A stretch of DNA of 64,000 nucleotides, taken from Halodesulfurarchaeum sp. (GTDB lineage Archaea > Halobacteriota > Halobacteria > Halobacteriales > Halobacteriaceae). The translations under genes and the position numbers were made by a program. Positions 16,725 through 27,115 of the stretch are shown piece after piece. The stretch covers positions 1,652 through 65,651 of the forward strand of contig JBDGUI010000007.1 of NCBI GenBank assembly GCA_042216015.1. The letters run 5' to 3'. Within the stretch, counting starts at the first letter, position 1. Each line of letters opens with the position of its first letter. Under the pieces are notes generated by a model that saw only the letters and a list, made by a program, of their open reading frames with translations, searched no databases and was not told the origin of the DNA.

Positions 16725-17435
16725 GTGAAGGGACAGGAATGGTACCAGGCCGACGCGGTCGCGGAGGCCTACGAGGACAAGCGATTCTCCCGTGGCGGGC
16801 GCCTCATCGACCGCCGGGAGAAGGCAGCCGTCCTCGACGCGCTGTCGCCGCTCGAGGACCGCGAGATCCTCGAGATCGCGTGTGGAACCGGTCGGTTCAC
16901 CGTCATGCTCGCCGAGCGCGGGGCTGATGTCATCGGTCTGGACATCTCGAGGCCGATGCTCCAGCAGGGCCGCGAGAAGGCACGGCAGGCCGGAGTCAGC
17001 GACCACCTCGAATTCATGCGCGGGGACGCGGGCCGGTTGCCCTTCCCCGACGATCACTTCGACGCCGTCTTCGCCATGCGATTTTTCCACCTGGCGGACA
17101 CCCCCCAGGCGTTCCTCGCGGAGATGGCCCGGGTCTCGAAGGACCTGCTCTTTTTCGACACGTTCAACGCTGGCAGCGCACGGACTGTCTACAACTGGGC
17201 GCTTCCGATGGGCTCCAGGCTCTACGAGGACCGGGAAGTGCGGGATCTCATCGCCGAGGCCGAACTCGAACTGAGCGGGGAGTCCCACGATTTCGTCATT
17301 CCCTACGGTGTCTATCGGAAGATACCGGACTGGATGGCCGATGGGCTCCGGGACCTCGATCAGTCGACCGTCGAATCGGAGCTGGGAGAGCGGCTCGCGA
17401 CGGTCTCGTACTGGACCGCCCGGGTCCCCGACTGA
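16725..17435 (+). CDS. Class I SAM-dependent methyltransferase
   Basis: ILEIACGTGRF, GLDIS, GDAGRLPFPDDHFDAV; start moved to GTG 16725. Confidence 0.88.
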   Translation: MKGQEWYQADAVAEAYEDKRFSRGGRLIDRREKAAVLDALSPLEDREILEIACGTGRFTVMLAERGADVIGLDISRPMLQQGREKARQAGVSDHLEFMRGDAGRLPFPDDHFDAVFAMRFFHLADTPQAFLAEMARVSKDLLFFDTFNAGSARTVYNWALPMGSRLYEDREVRDLIAEAELELSGESHDFVIPYGVYRKIPDWMADGLRDLDQSTVESELGERLATVSYWTARVPD

Positions 17436-17575
17436 TCGGTCGTCCGGTCCCGCTCGGTTTCTCGGGTGAGGGTCTTCCGGACAATCACTCGAGTGCCGAG
17501 TTTTCGGTCCGGGGTGTCGAGTCTTCGGACCGGGAAACCGAGACGTTTTATGCGTGTCCGTGGTTAGTCCGGGGC

Positions 17576-18487
17576 ATGGATCTCTCGGTGGTGATTCCGA
17601 CGCTCAACGGCCGGGCCGAACTCCCGGCGACCCTCGGAGCCATCGCCGAGTACCTCCCCGGGGCCGAGGTAATCGTGGCAAACGGCCCCTCGGCCGATGG
17701 CACCTCGGGATTCGTCTGCGAGCACGAAGCGGTCGACGTCCTCCTCGAACTCTCCGAACGGAATCCGAACGTCGCCCGAAACGCGGGGTTGGCTGCCGCC
17801 TCCGGGGAGGCGATCGCCTTTCTCGACCAGGCCTCGGAGATCGAGGCGACGTGGCCCGGGGCCGTCGACGCGGCACTCGCGGCCGGCGCCGACGCGGTCA
17901 CCGGGCCGGTCCACCGCGAACTGGGCGAGGACGTGACGACGGAGACACTCGAGGAGTCCCAGATCGGCTCCCGGACGGTCCGGTTTTTCGACGGCGGGAA
18001 CGTGGTCTTCTCGCGTTCGACGATCGAATCCCTTGATGGTTTCGACGAACACCTCGAGGTGGGAGCCGCCCGGGACCTGGCCCACCGGCTCGCGGGTCAG
18101 GACAGAACGCTGCGGTGGGAGCCGGGGGCGACGGTGCTCCGATCCACACCGAAGCCCACTCGACAGGACGAGTCGGCCACACATCGCCACGCCCAGGAGT
18201 ATCGCTCCCGGGGGTATCGGGTGGCGAAGAACTACGGACTCGGATGGAAGACGGCGGTCAAGCTCCTCGGCCCCCTCGCTCGGGACGGGCTCGCGGCGGC
18301 CAAATCCGTCGCCGTCGGTGAGGCGAAACCCTCCCTCTGGCTTGGAAACGGCCGGGACGCGGTGAGTCAGGTCCTCCGGGGAACGAGGGAGGGCCTGATC
18401 GCACGGGTGACCGACCGAAGCCCCCGTCGCAATCCCCACGGGCTTTCGGCCCGCAGGGATCGACCGGTTTCGCGGTGTGATCCCTAA
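17576..18487 (+). CDS. Glycosyltransferase family 2
   Basis: DLSVVIPTLN, ARNAGL, IAFLD, GFDE motifs; TTTTATG about 28 nt upstream. Confidence 0.85.
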   Translation: MDLSVVIPTLNGRAELPATLGAIAEYLPGAEVIVANGPSADGTSGFVCEHEAVDVLLELSERNPNVARNAGLAAASGEAIAFLDQASEIEATWPGAVDAALAAGADAVTGPVHRELGEDVTTETLEESQIGSRTVRFFDGGNVVFSRSTIESLDGFDEHLEVGAARDLAHRLAGQDRTLRWEPGATVLRSTPKPTRQDESATHRHAQEYRSRGYRVAKNYGLGWKTAVKLLGPLARDGLAAAKSVAVGEAKPSLWLGNGRDAVSQVLRGTREGLIARVTDRSPRRNPHGLSARRDRPVSRCDP

Positions 18488-18525
18488 GAACCGACACAGC
18501 GACTCGTCGATCCGGTCTCCGGGTT

Positions 18526-19347
18526 CTATTCTCCACCCTCGAGGGCCGGCAGGACACGCGCCGGATTCTTGGTGAACACCCGCTCCATGACGTTTTCCGG
18601 GACGTCGAGTGTGAGGATCTCCATCACCCCGACGTTCGGATGCACCGTCGGGGTGCCACTCCCGAAGAGGATGCGATCCGGATGTTCCATGATGGCGCGT
18701 TCCAGGAGGTCACGGTAGCGAACGGCGCTCGTGTCGAGGTATAGCGAATCCCGTCTATCGAGGAGATCGATGGCCCTGGTCATCAACTCGCGGTCTGCCG
18801 GATGTCCACCGAAGTGCGCCAGGACGATCGGCATCGAGCGCCCGAGCAGGAACTCGTCGACCTGTTCGGGGGGAAACCCGGACCCTCCATAGAGGAGCAC
18901 CGGGAGTCCCACGTCCTCCAGGGCGTCGAGCACCTCTGGAGTGGGGAGCCCGTCTCGTGGCGGGTCGACCTTGAATCCGTGAAATCGATCGTCGTAGGCG
19001 TACTGTTTCACGTCGTCAGGGGTCGTGTGGGCGGGATCGGGCCGGGCGATCGCGTCCCTGATGGTCGAGGTGACCGTCCCCGACCCCTCCCGAGGACCGT
19101 CGAGACGGGCCATCGCGATCAGCGGGCGCTCGACGGTCTGCCGGGCGATGGCGTTGTTCGCCCGCAGGTACCCCCGCTCGCCGCTGACCGGCCCCGGGAA
19201 GACGACGGCCTGGGCGATCCCCGCCTGGTGGAGTTCGCGCTGGAGCGCCTCGGCGTCGATCGTCTTCCCCCGGATCGGGCGCCCCGGCCCCGGGTGCAGG
19301 CGCGCGTGCACGTCGAAGGCCTGGAACCCGTGTTCCAGCTCCAGCAT
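18526..19347 (-). CDS. Amidohydrolase family protein
   Basis: [33 protein letters not shown]. Confidence 0.85.
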   Translation of the reverse strand: MLELEHGFQAFDVHARLHPGPGRPIRGKTIDAEALQRELHQAGIAQAVVFPGPVSGERGYLRANNAIARQTVERPLIAMARLDGPREGSGTVTSTIRDAIARPDPAHTTPDDVKQYAYDDRFHGFKVDPPRDGLPTPEVLDALEDVGLPVLLYGGSGFPPEQVDEFLLGRSMPIVLAHFGGHPADRELMTRAIDLLDRRDSLYLDTSAVRYRDLLERAIMEHPDRILFGSGTPTVHPNVGVMEILTLDVPENVMERVFTKNPARVLPALEGGE

Positions 19348-19398
19348 GGCACAGGCTCCGTGGGCATCCCATATCGGGCTAACGGTCCCGCCGGCGGG

Positions 19399-19554
19399 CT
19401 ACGCCGATTCGACGCCGTCGAACGCGAGATAGACCGTCTCGCCCCGCTTGAGCCCGAAGGCCGTATCCCCCCGGCCCCGGTTTACCGCCAGCTCGACGTA
19501 GCCGTGACTGCCGACCGTGACCAGCCGCTCGGCCGGGGCGACCGCGGCGTAGGT
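19399..19554 (-). pseudogene. Orphan 3' fragment of a DUF62 (SAM hydroxide adenosyltransferase) gene
   Basis: [51 protein letters not shown]; 27/35 aa identical to the C-terminal part of 21252..22016; no start. Confidence 0.88.
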
Positions 19555-19854
19555 TCCGGCGTCGAGGGACGCGCCCAGTTGGCCGTCGAGGCGTTCGCCG
19601 ACGCCCTCGAGGTCATCCCGCGTACCCTCGCCGAGAACACCGGCATGGGCCCCATCGACGCGCTGGTGGACCTCCGGGCGGCCAACGAGAAGGGCAACGC
19701 CGGCGTCGTCTCCGAGGGCGAGACCGGCACCATCGCCGACCCGCTCGAGATGGGCATCGTCGACCCCGCGGAGGTCAAGCGCGAGGCCATCGAGTCGGCC
19801 ACCGAGGCCGCGACGATGATCGTCCGCATCGACGACGTCATCGCCGCAGAATAG
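19555..19854 (+). pseudogene. 3' fragment (about 99 codons) of a thermosome (group II chaperonin) subunit
   Basis: [42 protein letters not shown]...[26 protein letters not shown]-terminal ~430 aa absent. Confidence 0.92.
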
Positions 19855-19947
19855 GCCGCGAAGCGACCGTTCTTTCGAATCCCCGTCCGCGGTTCGTGCC
19901 GTGCCGCTGCCTCAACGCTTACAGCCCTGGCCTCCCAGCCGGTTGGT

Positions 19948-21255
19948 ATGTCCTCGGAGTCGGTCGGCTTGACGGAATCGGTGTCGATGGCCGTCGGCGG
20001 GATGGTCGGCGGTGGCATCTTCGCCGTGTTGGGCGTGGTCGCGGGCGCCGCCGGGACGCTCGCGTGGATGGCCTTCGTCGTCGCCGGCGTCATCGCGGCG
20101 AGCGCCGGCTACTCCTTTACCTACCTCAACCGTCTCACCACCGACCCGAGCGGTCCCATCGCGTTCGTCGAACAGTTCACCGGGCGAACCACCCTCGCGG
20201 GGATGACCGGGTGGACGTTCATCTTCGGGTACGTCGGCACGATGGCGATGTACGCCTTCGCGTTCGGCGGCTACTTCGTCGAGTTGGTGGGCGTGCAGTC
20301 GCTCGTCGGACTGCCGGCGCGAGCCATCGTCTCCCTGGTCGTCGTGGCCTCGTTCGTCGGGCTGAACGTGCTCGGCGCCCACTCCTCCGGCCGGACGGAG
20401 GACGTACTGGTCGGGCTCAAGGTCGCCATCCTGCTCCTGTTCGGGGGCGGCGGCCTCTACTACGGGCTGACCCACCAGGGCATCGCGAGCGGGTTCGCCC
20501 AGTTCGGGGTGGGGCCGCTCATCGCCGCCGCCATCTCCTTCGTGGCGTTCGAGGGGTGGGAACTCCTGCTGTTCGACCAGGACAGCATCCGCGACCCCGA
20601 GGCCACCGTGCGGAAGGCGGTCTACATCTCCATCGCGGTCGCGACCGGGCTCTACGTCCTTGTGGCCGTGGTGACGACGAACCTCGTCTCCACCCAGGTC
20701 ATCCAGCAGCACTCGGAGACGGCGCTCGCGGTGGCGGCCCAACCCTTCCTCGGCCACCTCGGGTTCGTGCTCATCTCGCTCGCGGCGCTGTTCTCAACGG
20801 GAAGCGCCATCAACGCGACGTTGTTCAGCTCAGCCCGCCTCTCGAAACAGCTGGTCTCAGAGGACTTCCTGCCGAACCAGTTGAGGGGCAACGGCGACGG
20901 TGAGCCGGTCCGCGCCCTGCTGGTCCTCGGGGCGCTGACCGCCGTCTTCACCTTCTTCGGGAGTCTGGACGGCATCACCTCCTTCGCGTCGCTGTCGTTC
21001 ATCACCATCTTCGGTGCAGTGAGTTATCTGGCCTACCGCGAGCGCACCTCGCTCCGGAGTACCGTCATCCCGCTGGTCGGGACGGTCGGGGCCATCGCGA
21101 CGGTGCTCGCCCTGCTCTGGCACCTGTACGCCGCCGAACGCGGGGTCTTCGGGACGGTCGTCGTCATCGCCGTCGCCGTCATCAGCGTCGAACTCCTGTA
21201 CTTCGACCGCGAGCACATCGAGCGCGACCTGCGCGAACTCGAATCGGAGGTCTAG
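19948..21255 (+). CDS. APC family amino-acid permease
   Basis: GGMVGGGIFAVLG TM1 and FVAFEGWE TM6 motifs; about 12 TMs. Confidence 0.9.
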   Translation: MSSESVGLTESVSMAVGGMVGGGIFAVLGVVAGAAGTLAWMAFVVAGVIAASAGYSFTYLNRLTTDPSGPIAFVEQFTGRTTLAGMTGWTFIFGYVGTMAMYAFAFGGYFVELVGVQSLVGLPARAIVSLVVVASFVGLNVLGAHSSGRTEDVLVGLKVAILLLFGGGGLYYGLTHQGIASGFAQFGVGPLIAAAISFVAFEGWELLLFDQDSIRDPEATVRKAVYISIAVATGLYVLVAVVTTNLVSTQVIQQHSETALAVAAQPFLGHLGFVLISLAALFSTGSAINATLFSSARLSKQLVSEDFLPNQLRGNGDGEPVRALLVLGALTAVFTFFGSLDGITSFASLSFITIFGAVSYLAYRERTSLRSTVIPLVGTVGAIATVLALLWHLYAAERGVFGTVVVIAVAVISVELLYFDREHIERDLRELESEV

Positions 21256-22016
21256 TCCGTCCGGAGGGTGAGTTCGACCGTATCGCCGACCGCGAGGCCG
21301 AACCCGTCGTCACCGCGACCCTGGTTGACGGCGAGTTCGACGTTGCCGTGGCTCCCGACCGTGACGAGTCGCTTCCCCGGGGAGACCGTCGCGTAGGTCC
21401 GGCGGACGGGTGCCGTCTCGCCGTCGATTCGAACTGTACCGCCGTAGCGTCCGTCGAGGACCGAACCCGGGACGTTCGTGACGACGTTCCCGAAGCCGTC
21501 CACGACGAGCACCTCGCCCCGGATGGTCGGGCCGTCGCGCTCCGGTTCGGGGAAGGCGATGGTCTCGTAGTCGGTGGTCGGCGTACAGCGGTCGTCGGTC
21601 TCGAGCAGTTCGACCCCTGCCTCGTGGATGTCGGCGGCGAGCGGTGCGAAGACGTCCCGGCCGTGGAACGTCTCGCTCGCCGGTTCGCCCCCGTCGACCG
21701 CGTAGACCGTCATCGTGTCGGCGATTGCCCGGGCCGGCGGGATCAGCACGCCGTTGTCCGGGCCGACGAGCACGTGTTCGCCCGCGACGACCGCCAGCAC
21801 GCCACGTTCGGTACCGACGCCGGGGTCCACGACCACGAGGTGGACCGCGGGCGGGAAGTACGGTAGTACCTGGTGGAGCCAGAAGGCGGCGGCCCGAACG
21901 TTCTGCCGGGGGAGGTCGTGGGCCACGTCAACGAGCCGGGTCGACGCCGTCGAGAGGATGACGCCCTTCATGGCCGCGGGATACGGCGAGCCGAAGTCGC
22001 TCGAGAGGGTGATCAT
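21252..22016 (-). CDS. SAM hydroxide adenosyltransferase / SAM-dependent halogenase family (DUF62)
   Basis: ITLSSDFG, VVVDPGVGT, GPDNG, TFHGRDVFAP, DGFGNVVTN. Confidence 0.92.
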   Translation of the reverse strand: MITLSSDFGSPYPAAMKGVILSTASTRLVDVAHDLPRQNVRAAAFWLHQVLPYFPPAVHLVVVDPGVGTERGVLAVVAGEHVLVGPDNGVLIPPARAIADTMTVYAVDGGEPASETFHGRDVFAPLAADIHEAGVELLETDDRCTPTTDYETIAFPEPERDGPTIRGEVLVVDGFGNVVTNVPGSVLDGRYGGTVRIDGETAPVRRTYATVSPGKRLVTVGSHGNVELAVNQGRGDDGFGLAVGDTVELTLRTD

Positions 22017-22543
22017 TCCGGATCGGCCGCCCCGCTCTTGTCCGTATCGCCGATGTGCTGGATGCGGGTGATGCCGTTGATCTCCTCGATCGTCTCGACC
22101 ACCGGCCCGGGCAACAGTTCCTCCCAGCCCTCGTCCTCGAGCATGCGCTCCCTGATGGTTTCGCCCTCGAGTTGTTCGCGCTCGAACATCGGGGACTGAC
22201 GGACCTCGATGCCGGACTCATCGAAGAGTCGGATCACGAGCGGGTTGTTCGAATAGGCCACGTCGAAGTGCGGGCTCATGGCCGTGACGTGGCTGACCCA
22301 GACGGAGTTCCGGTTGATGTCCTCGATGGGCACGACGTAGGTGACCAGATCCAGCCTGGCGAGACACTTGGTGATCATCATCATGCGCTCGCCGGCGGTG
22401 AATGGATTTTCGGTGGTGTGGCTCTGGTCGGCGCTGCCGATCCCGACGACGACCTCGTCCACCTCGGCTGCGATCTGCTCGACCACGCGATGGTGTCCCC
22501 GGTGGTAGGGCTGGAACCGGCCGATGTAGAACCCCCGTGTCAT
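22013..22543 (-). CDS. nadM: Nicotinamide-nucleotide adenylyltransferase
   Basis: RGFYIGRFQPYHRGH, GSADQSH, NPFTAGER. Confidence 0.93.
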   Translation of the reverse strand: MTRGFYIGRFQPYHRGHHRVVEQIAAEVDEVVVGIGSADQSHTTENPFTAGERMMMITKCLARLDLVTYVVPIEDINRNSVWVSHVTAMSPHFDVAYSNNPLVIRLFDESGIEVRQSPMFEREQLEGETIRERMLEDEGWEELLPGPVVETIEEINGITRIQHIGDTDKSGAADPE

Positions 22544-22873
22544 TGCCGGGCCTACGACGGGCACGTACATCAAATGGGGCGATCCACTCCGAGGACGGGT
22601 CGAGTCGAGCATCGATCGAGCCGATCGCCACTTTTACCGATCACCACTCGAATCGTCCCCCGATCGTTCCTCTTCGCAGACGTTAGCCCTGTCCGTCATC
22701 GACACGGTATTGCCCACACGTCGTCGGCCCGATATCGTCTCTCGTCATCGGAACGGGACTGCCCAAACAGGAGTGCCGCCCCAAACCGGACGAAAGGGCG
22801 GGTTTCGGGCGATCGCCGAAGGGAGAAAGTATATCAATAGCCGAACCCTGGATTTCACCGTCGAAGACATTCA

Positions 22874-24946
22874 ATGAGTAACGATCCCACGAGTGACCCA
22901 CCCCCCGAGGACGATCCCGAGCCGGTCCGGAAGCCGGTCGAACGGCGGCCGGTCGAGGACCGGGAGCGGGCCGAAGAGCAGGTCCCGCTCGAGGAGGATC
23001 TCGGGAGCGAAGTCGACGTCGAGGGGGACCTCACGATTGACGAGGAGAACGCCGAAGACGATCTCCTCGGCGGGCTGAAGATCGACTCGACCGCCGACAT
23101 CGAGGTACCCGAACGGCTGGTCGATCAGGTGATCGGCCAGGAGGAGGCCCGCGAGATCGTCAAGCGCGCCGCAAAGCAACACCGTCACGTCATGATGATC
23201 GGCTCCCCGGGGACCGGGAAGTCGATGCTTGCCAAGGCGATGAGCCGACTGTTGCCGAAGGAATCCCTCCAGGACGTCCTCATTTACCACAACCCGGAGG
23301 ACTCGAACGAACCCCGGGTCAGGACGGTCCCGGCGGGAAAGGGCGACCAGATCGTCGAGGCCCACCAGGAGGAGGCCCGAAAGCGAAAGCAGATGCGATC
23401 CTTCCTGATGTGGATCGTCATCGCGATCATCGTCGGGTACGCGCTCTTGATCGCCGGGCAGGTACTGCTCGGTCTCCTGGCCGCCGGGGTCATCTATTTC
23501 GCGTTCCGCTACACGAACCGGGGCAGCGACGCCATGGTTCCGAAGCTTCTGGTCAACAACGGTGACCGCACGGTGGCCCCGTTCGAGGACGCCACGGGTG
23601 CTCACGCCGGCGCCCTGCTCGGGGACGTCCGCCACGACCCGTTCCAGTCCGGTGGCATGGAGACCCCGAGTCACGACCGGGTCGAGGCCGGATCCATTCA
23701 AAAGGCTCACAAGGGCGTGCTGTTCGTCGACGAGATCAATACGCTCGACATCCGCTCCCAGCAGAAGCTGATGACGGCCATTCAGGAGGGCGAGTTCGCC
23801 ATCACCGGGCAGTCAGAGCGCTCCTCTGGGGCGATGGTCCAGACCGAACCGGTGCCGTGTGACTTCATCATGGTCGCGGCGGGGAACATGGACGCGATGG
23901 AGAACATGCACCCCGCGCTCCGGGACCGCCTGAAGGGATACGGCTACGAGGTCTACATGGAGGACACCATCGACGAAACGCCCCAGACCCGTCGCCAGTA
24001 CGCCCGCTTCGTCGCCCAGGAGGTCGAGAAGGACGGCCGCCTCCCCCACTTCGATCCGGCGGCGGTTCGCGAGGTCATTCTCGAGGCCAAGCGCCGCTCG
24101 GGACGGAAGGGCCAGTTGACGCTCAAACTCCGCGACCTCGGTGGGCTGGTTCGAGTGGCCGGCGACATCGCGAAGGCGGAGGGGAGCGATTTCGTCGAGC
24201 GCGAACACGTCCTCGAGGCGAAAAAGCGCTCGCGGTCGATCGAGCAGCAGTTCGCCGACGACTACATCGAACGACGGAAGGACTACGAACTCAAGGAGAC
24301 CGAGGGCAGCGCCATCGGCCGGGTCAACGGCCTTGCAGTCATGGGCGGCGACTCGGGAATCGTGCTTCCGGTGATGGCCGAGGTCACCCCGCGACAGGGC
24401 GAGGGCGGCCGGGTCATCGCCACCGGACAGCTCAAGGAGATGGCCCAGGAGGCCGTCTCGAACGTCTCCGCGATCATCAAGAAGTTCTCCGACGAGGACA
24501 TCTCCCAGAAGGACATCCACGTCCAGTTCATCCAGACCCAGGGGGTCGAGGGCGATTCGGCCTCGATCACCGTCGCGACGGCGGTCATCTCCGCCCTGGA
24601 GAATATTCCGATCGAGCAGGACCTCGCGATGACCGGCTCGCTCTCGGTCCGGGGGGACGTCCTGCCCGTGGGCGGGGTCACCCACAAGATCGAAGCGGCC
24701 GCGAAGGCCGGCTACGATCGGGTGATCATTCCGAAGGCCAACGAGCAGGACGTGATGATCGAGGAGGAGTACGAGGAGATGATCGAGATCATTCCGGTCG
24801 CCCACATCAGCGAGGTCCTCGACGTCGCCCTCGCCGGCGAACCGGAGAAGGACTCGCTGGTCGACCGCCTGAAATCGATCACGGGCACGGCCCTTGAGGC
24901 GACCGAGGGCACTGCGGCGACGGGGACGAACCCCTCACCGCAGTGA
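22874..24946 (+). CDS. lonB: ATP-dependent membrane protease LonB
   Basis: GSPGTGKS Walker A, two TM insert, LFVDEI Walker B, VEGDSAS catalytic Ser, GGVTHKIEAA Lys. Confidence 0.96.
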   Translation: MSNDPTSDPPPEDDPEPVRKPVERRPVEDRERAEEQVPLEEDLGSEVDVEGDLTIDEENAEDDLLGGLKIDSTADIEVPERLVDQVIGQEEAREIVKRAAKQHRHVMMIGSPGTGKSMLAKAMSRLLPKESLQDVLIYHNPEDSNEPRVRTVPAGKGDQIVEAHQEEARKRKQMRSFLMWIVIAIIVGYALLIAGQVLLGLLAAGVIYFAFRYTNRGSDAMVPKLLVNNGDRTVAPFEDATGAHAGALLGDVRHDPFQSGGMETPSHDRVEAGSIQKAHKGVLFVDEINTLDIRSQQKLMTAIQEGEFAITGQSERSSGAMVQTEPVPCDFIMVAAGNMDAMENMHPALRDRLKGYGYEVYMEDTIDETPQTRRQYARFVAQEVEKDGRLPHFDPAAVREVILEAKRRSGRKGQLTLKLRDLGGLVRVAGDIAKAEGSDFVEREHVLEAKKRSRSIEQQFADDYIERRKDYELKETEGSAIGRVNGLAVMGGDSGIVLPVMAEVTPRQGEGGRVIATGQLKEMAQEAVSNVSAIIKKFSDEDISQKDIHVQFIQTQGVEGDSASITVATAVISALENIPIEQDLAMTGSLSVRGDVLPVGGVTHKIEAAAKAGYDRVIIPKANEQDVMIEEEYEEMIEIIPVAHISEVLDVALAGEPEKDSLVDRLKSITGTALEATEGTAATGTNPSPQ

Positions 24947-25003
24947 ACCCGTCGGGGCACGCTTTCCCCGCCTTTTTGCCCTGGCGGACCGGATACGATA
25001 TCG

Positions 25004-25675
25004 ATGCCAACCCCGGCCTGGGACGTGTTCGGCCTGCTCTCGCTGGCACTGGTCCTCGGGGTGGTCTTCCTCTCCAGACGGACGGCACGGCTGCTGGGGA
25101 CAGAGCGGAGTCCGCTCGGTCGGGTACCGAAGTCCACGCTGTACCTCAACGTCGCCGTCTCCCACGCACTCGTTCTCGGACTGGCGTTCCTGCTCCTCTG
25201 GTGGACCGGGGTCCCCCTCTCGTCGCTCGGAATCGAAACTGTCCCCGAAGCGGGCTGGCTCGCGGGCCTCGTGGTGGCTCTGATCGGGGCAAACGAGGTG
25301 GCAGCCCTGCTCGCACGGACCGTGGGGGATCCGGAGAATCACCTGCGGGAACTGTTGGCCCCGGAGCGGGGGACCCAGTGGCTCGCGCTGGCGGGCCTCT
25401 TGCTCCCGACTATCGCCGTGACGGAGGAAGTTCTCTTCCGGGGACTGTTGATCGGGGCGCTCGGTGCTGGCACGTCATTCCCCCCGGTCGTGCTGATTCT
25501 GGGTTCCGCCCTCGCCTTCGGCACAGCCCATACCGCTCAGGGGAAGCCGGGAATTGCCATTGCGACGGTCCTCGGCGTGGGTCTCGGGGTCGCGTATTAC
25601 TGGTCCGGGAGTCTCTGGCTCGTGATCGGCGCACACTACCTCGTGGACCTCGTGGAATTCGTCCGGCAATCGTGA
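25004..25675 (+). CDS. CPBP (Abi/CAAX) intramembrane metalloprotease
   Basis: EEVLFRG, FGTAH, AHYLVD motifs. Confidence 0.88.
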   Translation: MPTPAWDVFGLLSLALVLGVVFLSRRTARLLGTERSPLGRVPKSTLYLNVAVSHALVLGLAFLLLWWTGVPLSSLGIETVPEAGWLAGLVVALIGANEVAALLARTVGDPENHLRELLAPERGTQWLALAGLLLPTIAVTEEVLFRGLLIGALGAGTSFPPVVLILGSALAFGTAHTAQGKPGIAIATVLGVGLGVAYYWSGSLWLVIGAHYLVDLVEFVRQS

Positions 25676-25762
25676 TCGGGATTCACGGTTTCTGCCGGTT
25701 CCGTCCGCTGCATCGGGCGACACGGACCGTACTGCGAAATGCCCGGTGCACCGGGATCGTCG

Positions 25763-26221
25763 TTACAGCCCCTCGATATCTTCGAGTGCAGCCTCGATTT
25801 CGGGCGGGGCAGCACTCGGCCCGCCCCGAACGCGGTGATCGGGGATCAGGAGCGGAACCGGGTTCTCGGCGAGGGCCGTGCGGGCGGTGGCCACGTCCTC
25901 GTTCGCGTCCGGATCGAGTCCAGGACTCCGGGCGACGAGTCGCTCCAGTGTCACGTCCTCGCCGGAGGGAATCTTTCGCACCGTCTCGAGGACGGTGCGC
26001 TGGTCGGTCGGGACCGTCAATCCGATCTCGATTTCGGTAACGTCCCTCGCGTTCCCCGCGAGGTACTCGTCGATCCAGTCCAGGATCTCGTGCTCGGTGG
26101 CAGCCTCGTCCTCGGGCTCGTCGGGAAACGAGAGGCTGATGACCCGGCCGTTTGCCACGCCGATCTGGACGAAGGACTCGAGTTTCTCGAACTTGCGGGC
26201 GAAGATGCCGGTCCCCGTCAT
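25763..26221 (-). CDS. MGMT-family protein lacking the catalytic Cys (alkyltransferase-like)
   Basis: [15 protein letters not shown]...[12 protein letters not shown] (PCHRV replaced by PDHRV). Confidence 0.82.
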   Translation of the reverse strand: MTGTGIFARKFEKLESFVQIGVANGRVISLSFPDEPEDEAATEHEILDWIDEYLAGNARDVTEIEIGLTVPTDQRTVLETVRKIPSGEDVTLERLVARSPGLDPDANEDVATARTALAENPVPLLIPDHRVRGGPSAAPPEIEAALEDIEGL

Positions 26222-26329
26222 GCCCGTTCGTAGGTCGGGTTCGGCCTTCAAGATTCGCCACGGAAGCCCGTCGAAGCTCGCCCCCGAGTCACAACAGTTA
26301 TGTACATATCCGTTCATCGATGAACAATA

Positions 26330-27115
26330 ATGGGCACCACAGAGCCGACGACCGAGGAGTCCCTGGCCCCGGCGGTTCGGGAGATCCTCGCCACGGCCCG
26401 CGACCGCGACGGCGAGAGGGCCCCCGCGGACGACGACCGGCAACTCCACGTGAAGGCACGGTCGCTTTCCGAGGCCCTCCGGGAGGCGAACGCCTCGGGG
26501 AGGGCCCCCGTCATCGCCGAGGTCAAACCGACGAGTCCGACCGCCGAGTACGACCGGCGGCTCGATCCGAGCCAGACGGCCGAGGCGATGGTCTCGGGTG
26601 GGGCATGTGCCATCTCGGTGCTGACCGAACCGGAGCACTTCGGCGGGTCTCTCCAGGCACTCGAGGCCGTCCGGGAGGCGGTTTCGGTTCCGGTGCTCCG
26701 GAAGGACTTCCTGCTCGAGCCGGCCCATCTGGATGCGGTGGCCGCCGACGCGGTCCTCCTGATCGCCCGGTTTCTCCCGGATCTCTCCGAAATGATCGAG
26801 GCGGCCCGCGACCGGGGCATGACACCGCTCGTCGAGACACACACGAAATCCGAGGTGAGGGAGGCTCTTACGGCAGGCGCCGACGTGATCGGGGTGAACA
26901 ACCGCGATCTGGGAACGCTCACGGTCGACCGCTCGACCGTGGAGCAGCTGGCACCCCTCGTTCCGGACGAGGTGACGCTGATCGCCGAGAGCGGCATCGA
27001 GACGCCGGCCCACAGGGAGCGGATGGTGCAAGCCGGGGTCGATGGCCTTCTCGTGGGGTCGGCGATCATGGAGGGGGACGTCGAGGCGAACACCCGGAGG
27101 TTGGTCGAGCGATGA
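26330..27115 (+). CDS. trpC: Indole-3-glycerol phosphate synthase
   Basis: [40 protein letters not shown]. Confidence 0.95.
   Translation: MGTTEPTTEESLAPAVREILATARDRDGERAPADDDRQLHVKARSLSEALREANASGRAPVIAEVKPTSPTAEYDRRLDPSQTAEAMVSGGACAISVLTEPEHFGGSLQALEAVREAVSVPVLRKDFLLEPAHLDAVAADAVLLIARFLPDLSEMIEAARDRGMTPLVETHTKSEVREALTAGADVIGVNNRDLGTLTVDRSTVEQLAPLVPDEVTLIAESGIETPAHRERMVQAGVDGLLVGSAIMEGDVEANTRRLVER

Noticed and set aside
18802..19854. 350-aa ORF as a real thermosome-fusion gene
   Set aside because: The first ~250 codons are antisense to the amidohydrolase and the DUF62 fragment; only the last ~99 codons are chaperonin-like
21252..22016. Fluorinase functionally linked to the fluoride riboswitch/crcB
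   Set aside because: 40 kb apart; the gene looks like an ordinary DUF62 SAM hydrolase next to nadM, and nothing in the sequence links them
22544..22873. Structured ncRNA in the nadM-lonB intergenic region
   Set aside because: No recognisable motif or convincing stems by eye; explainable as divergent promoters
26152..27111. N-terminally extended TrpB (727 aa)
   Set aside because: The extension overlaps trpC in another frame; the real start is ATG 27112, coupled to the trpC stop
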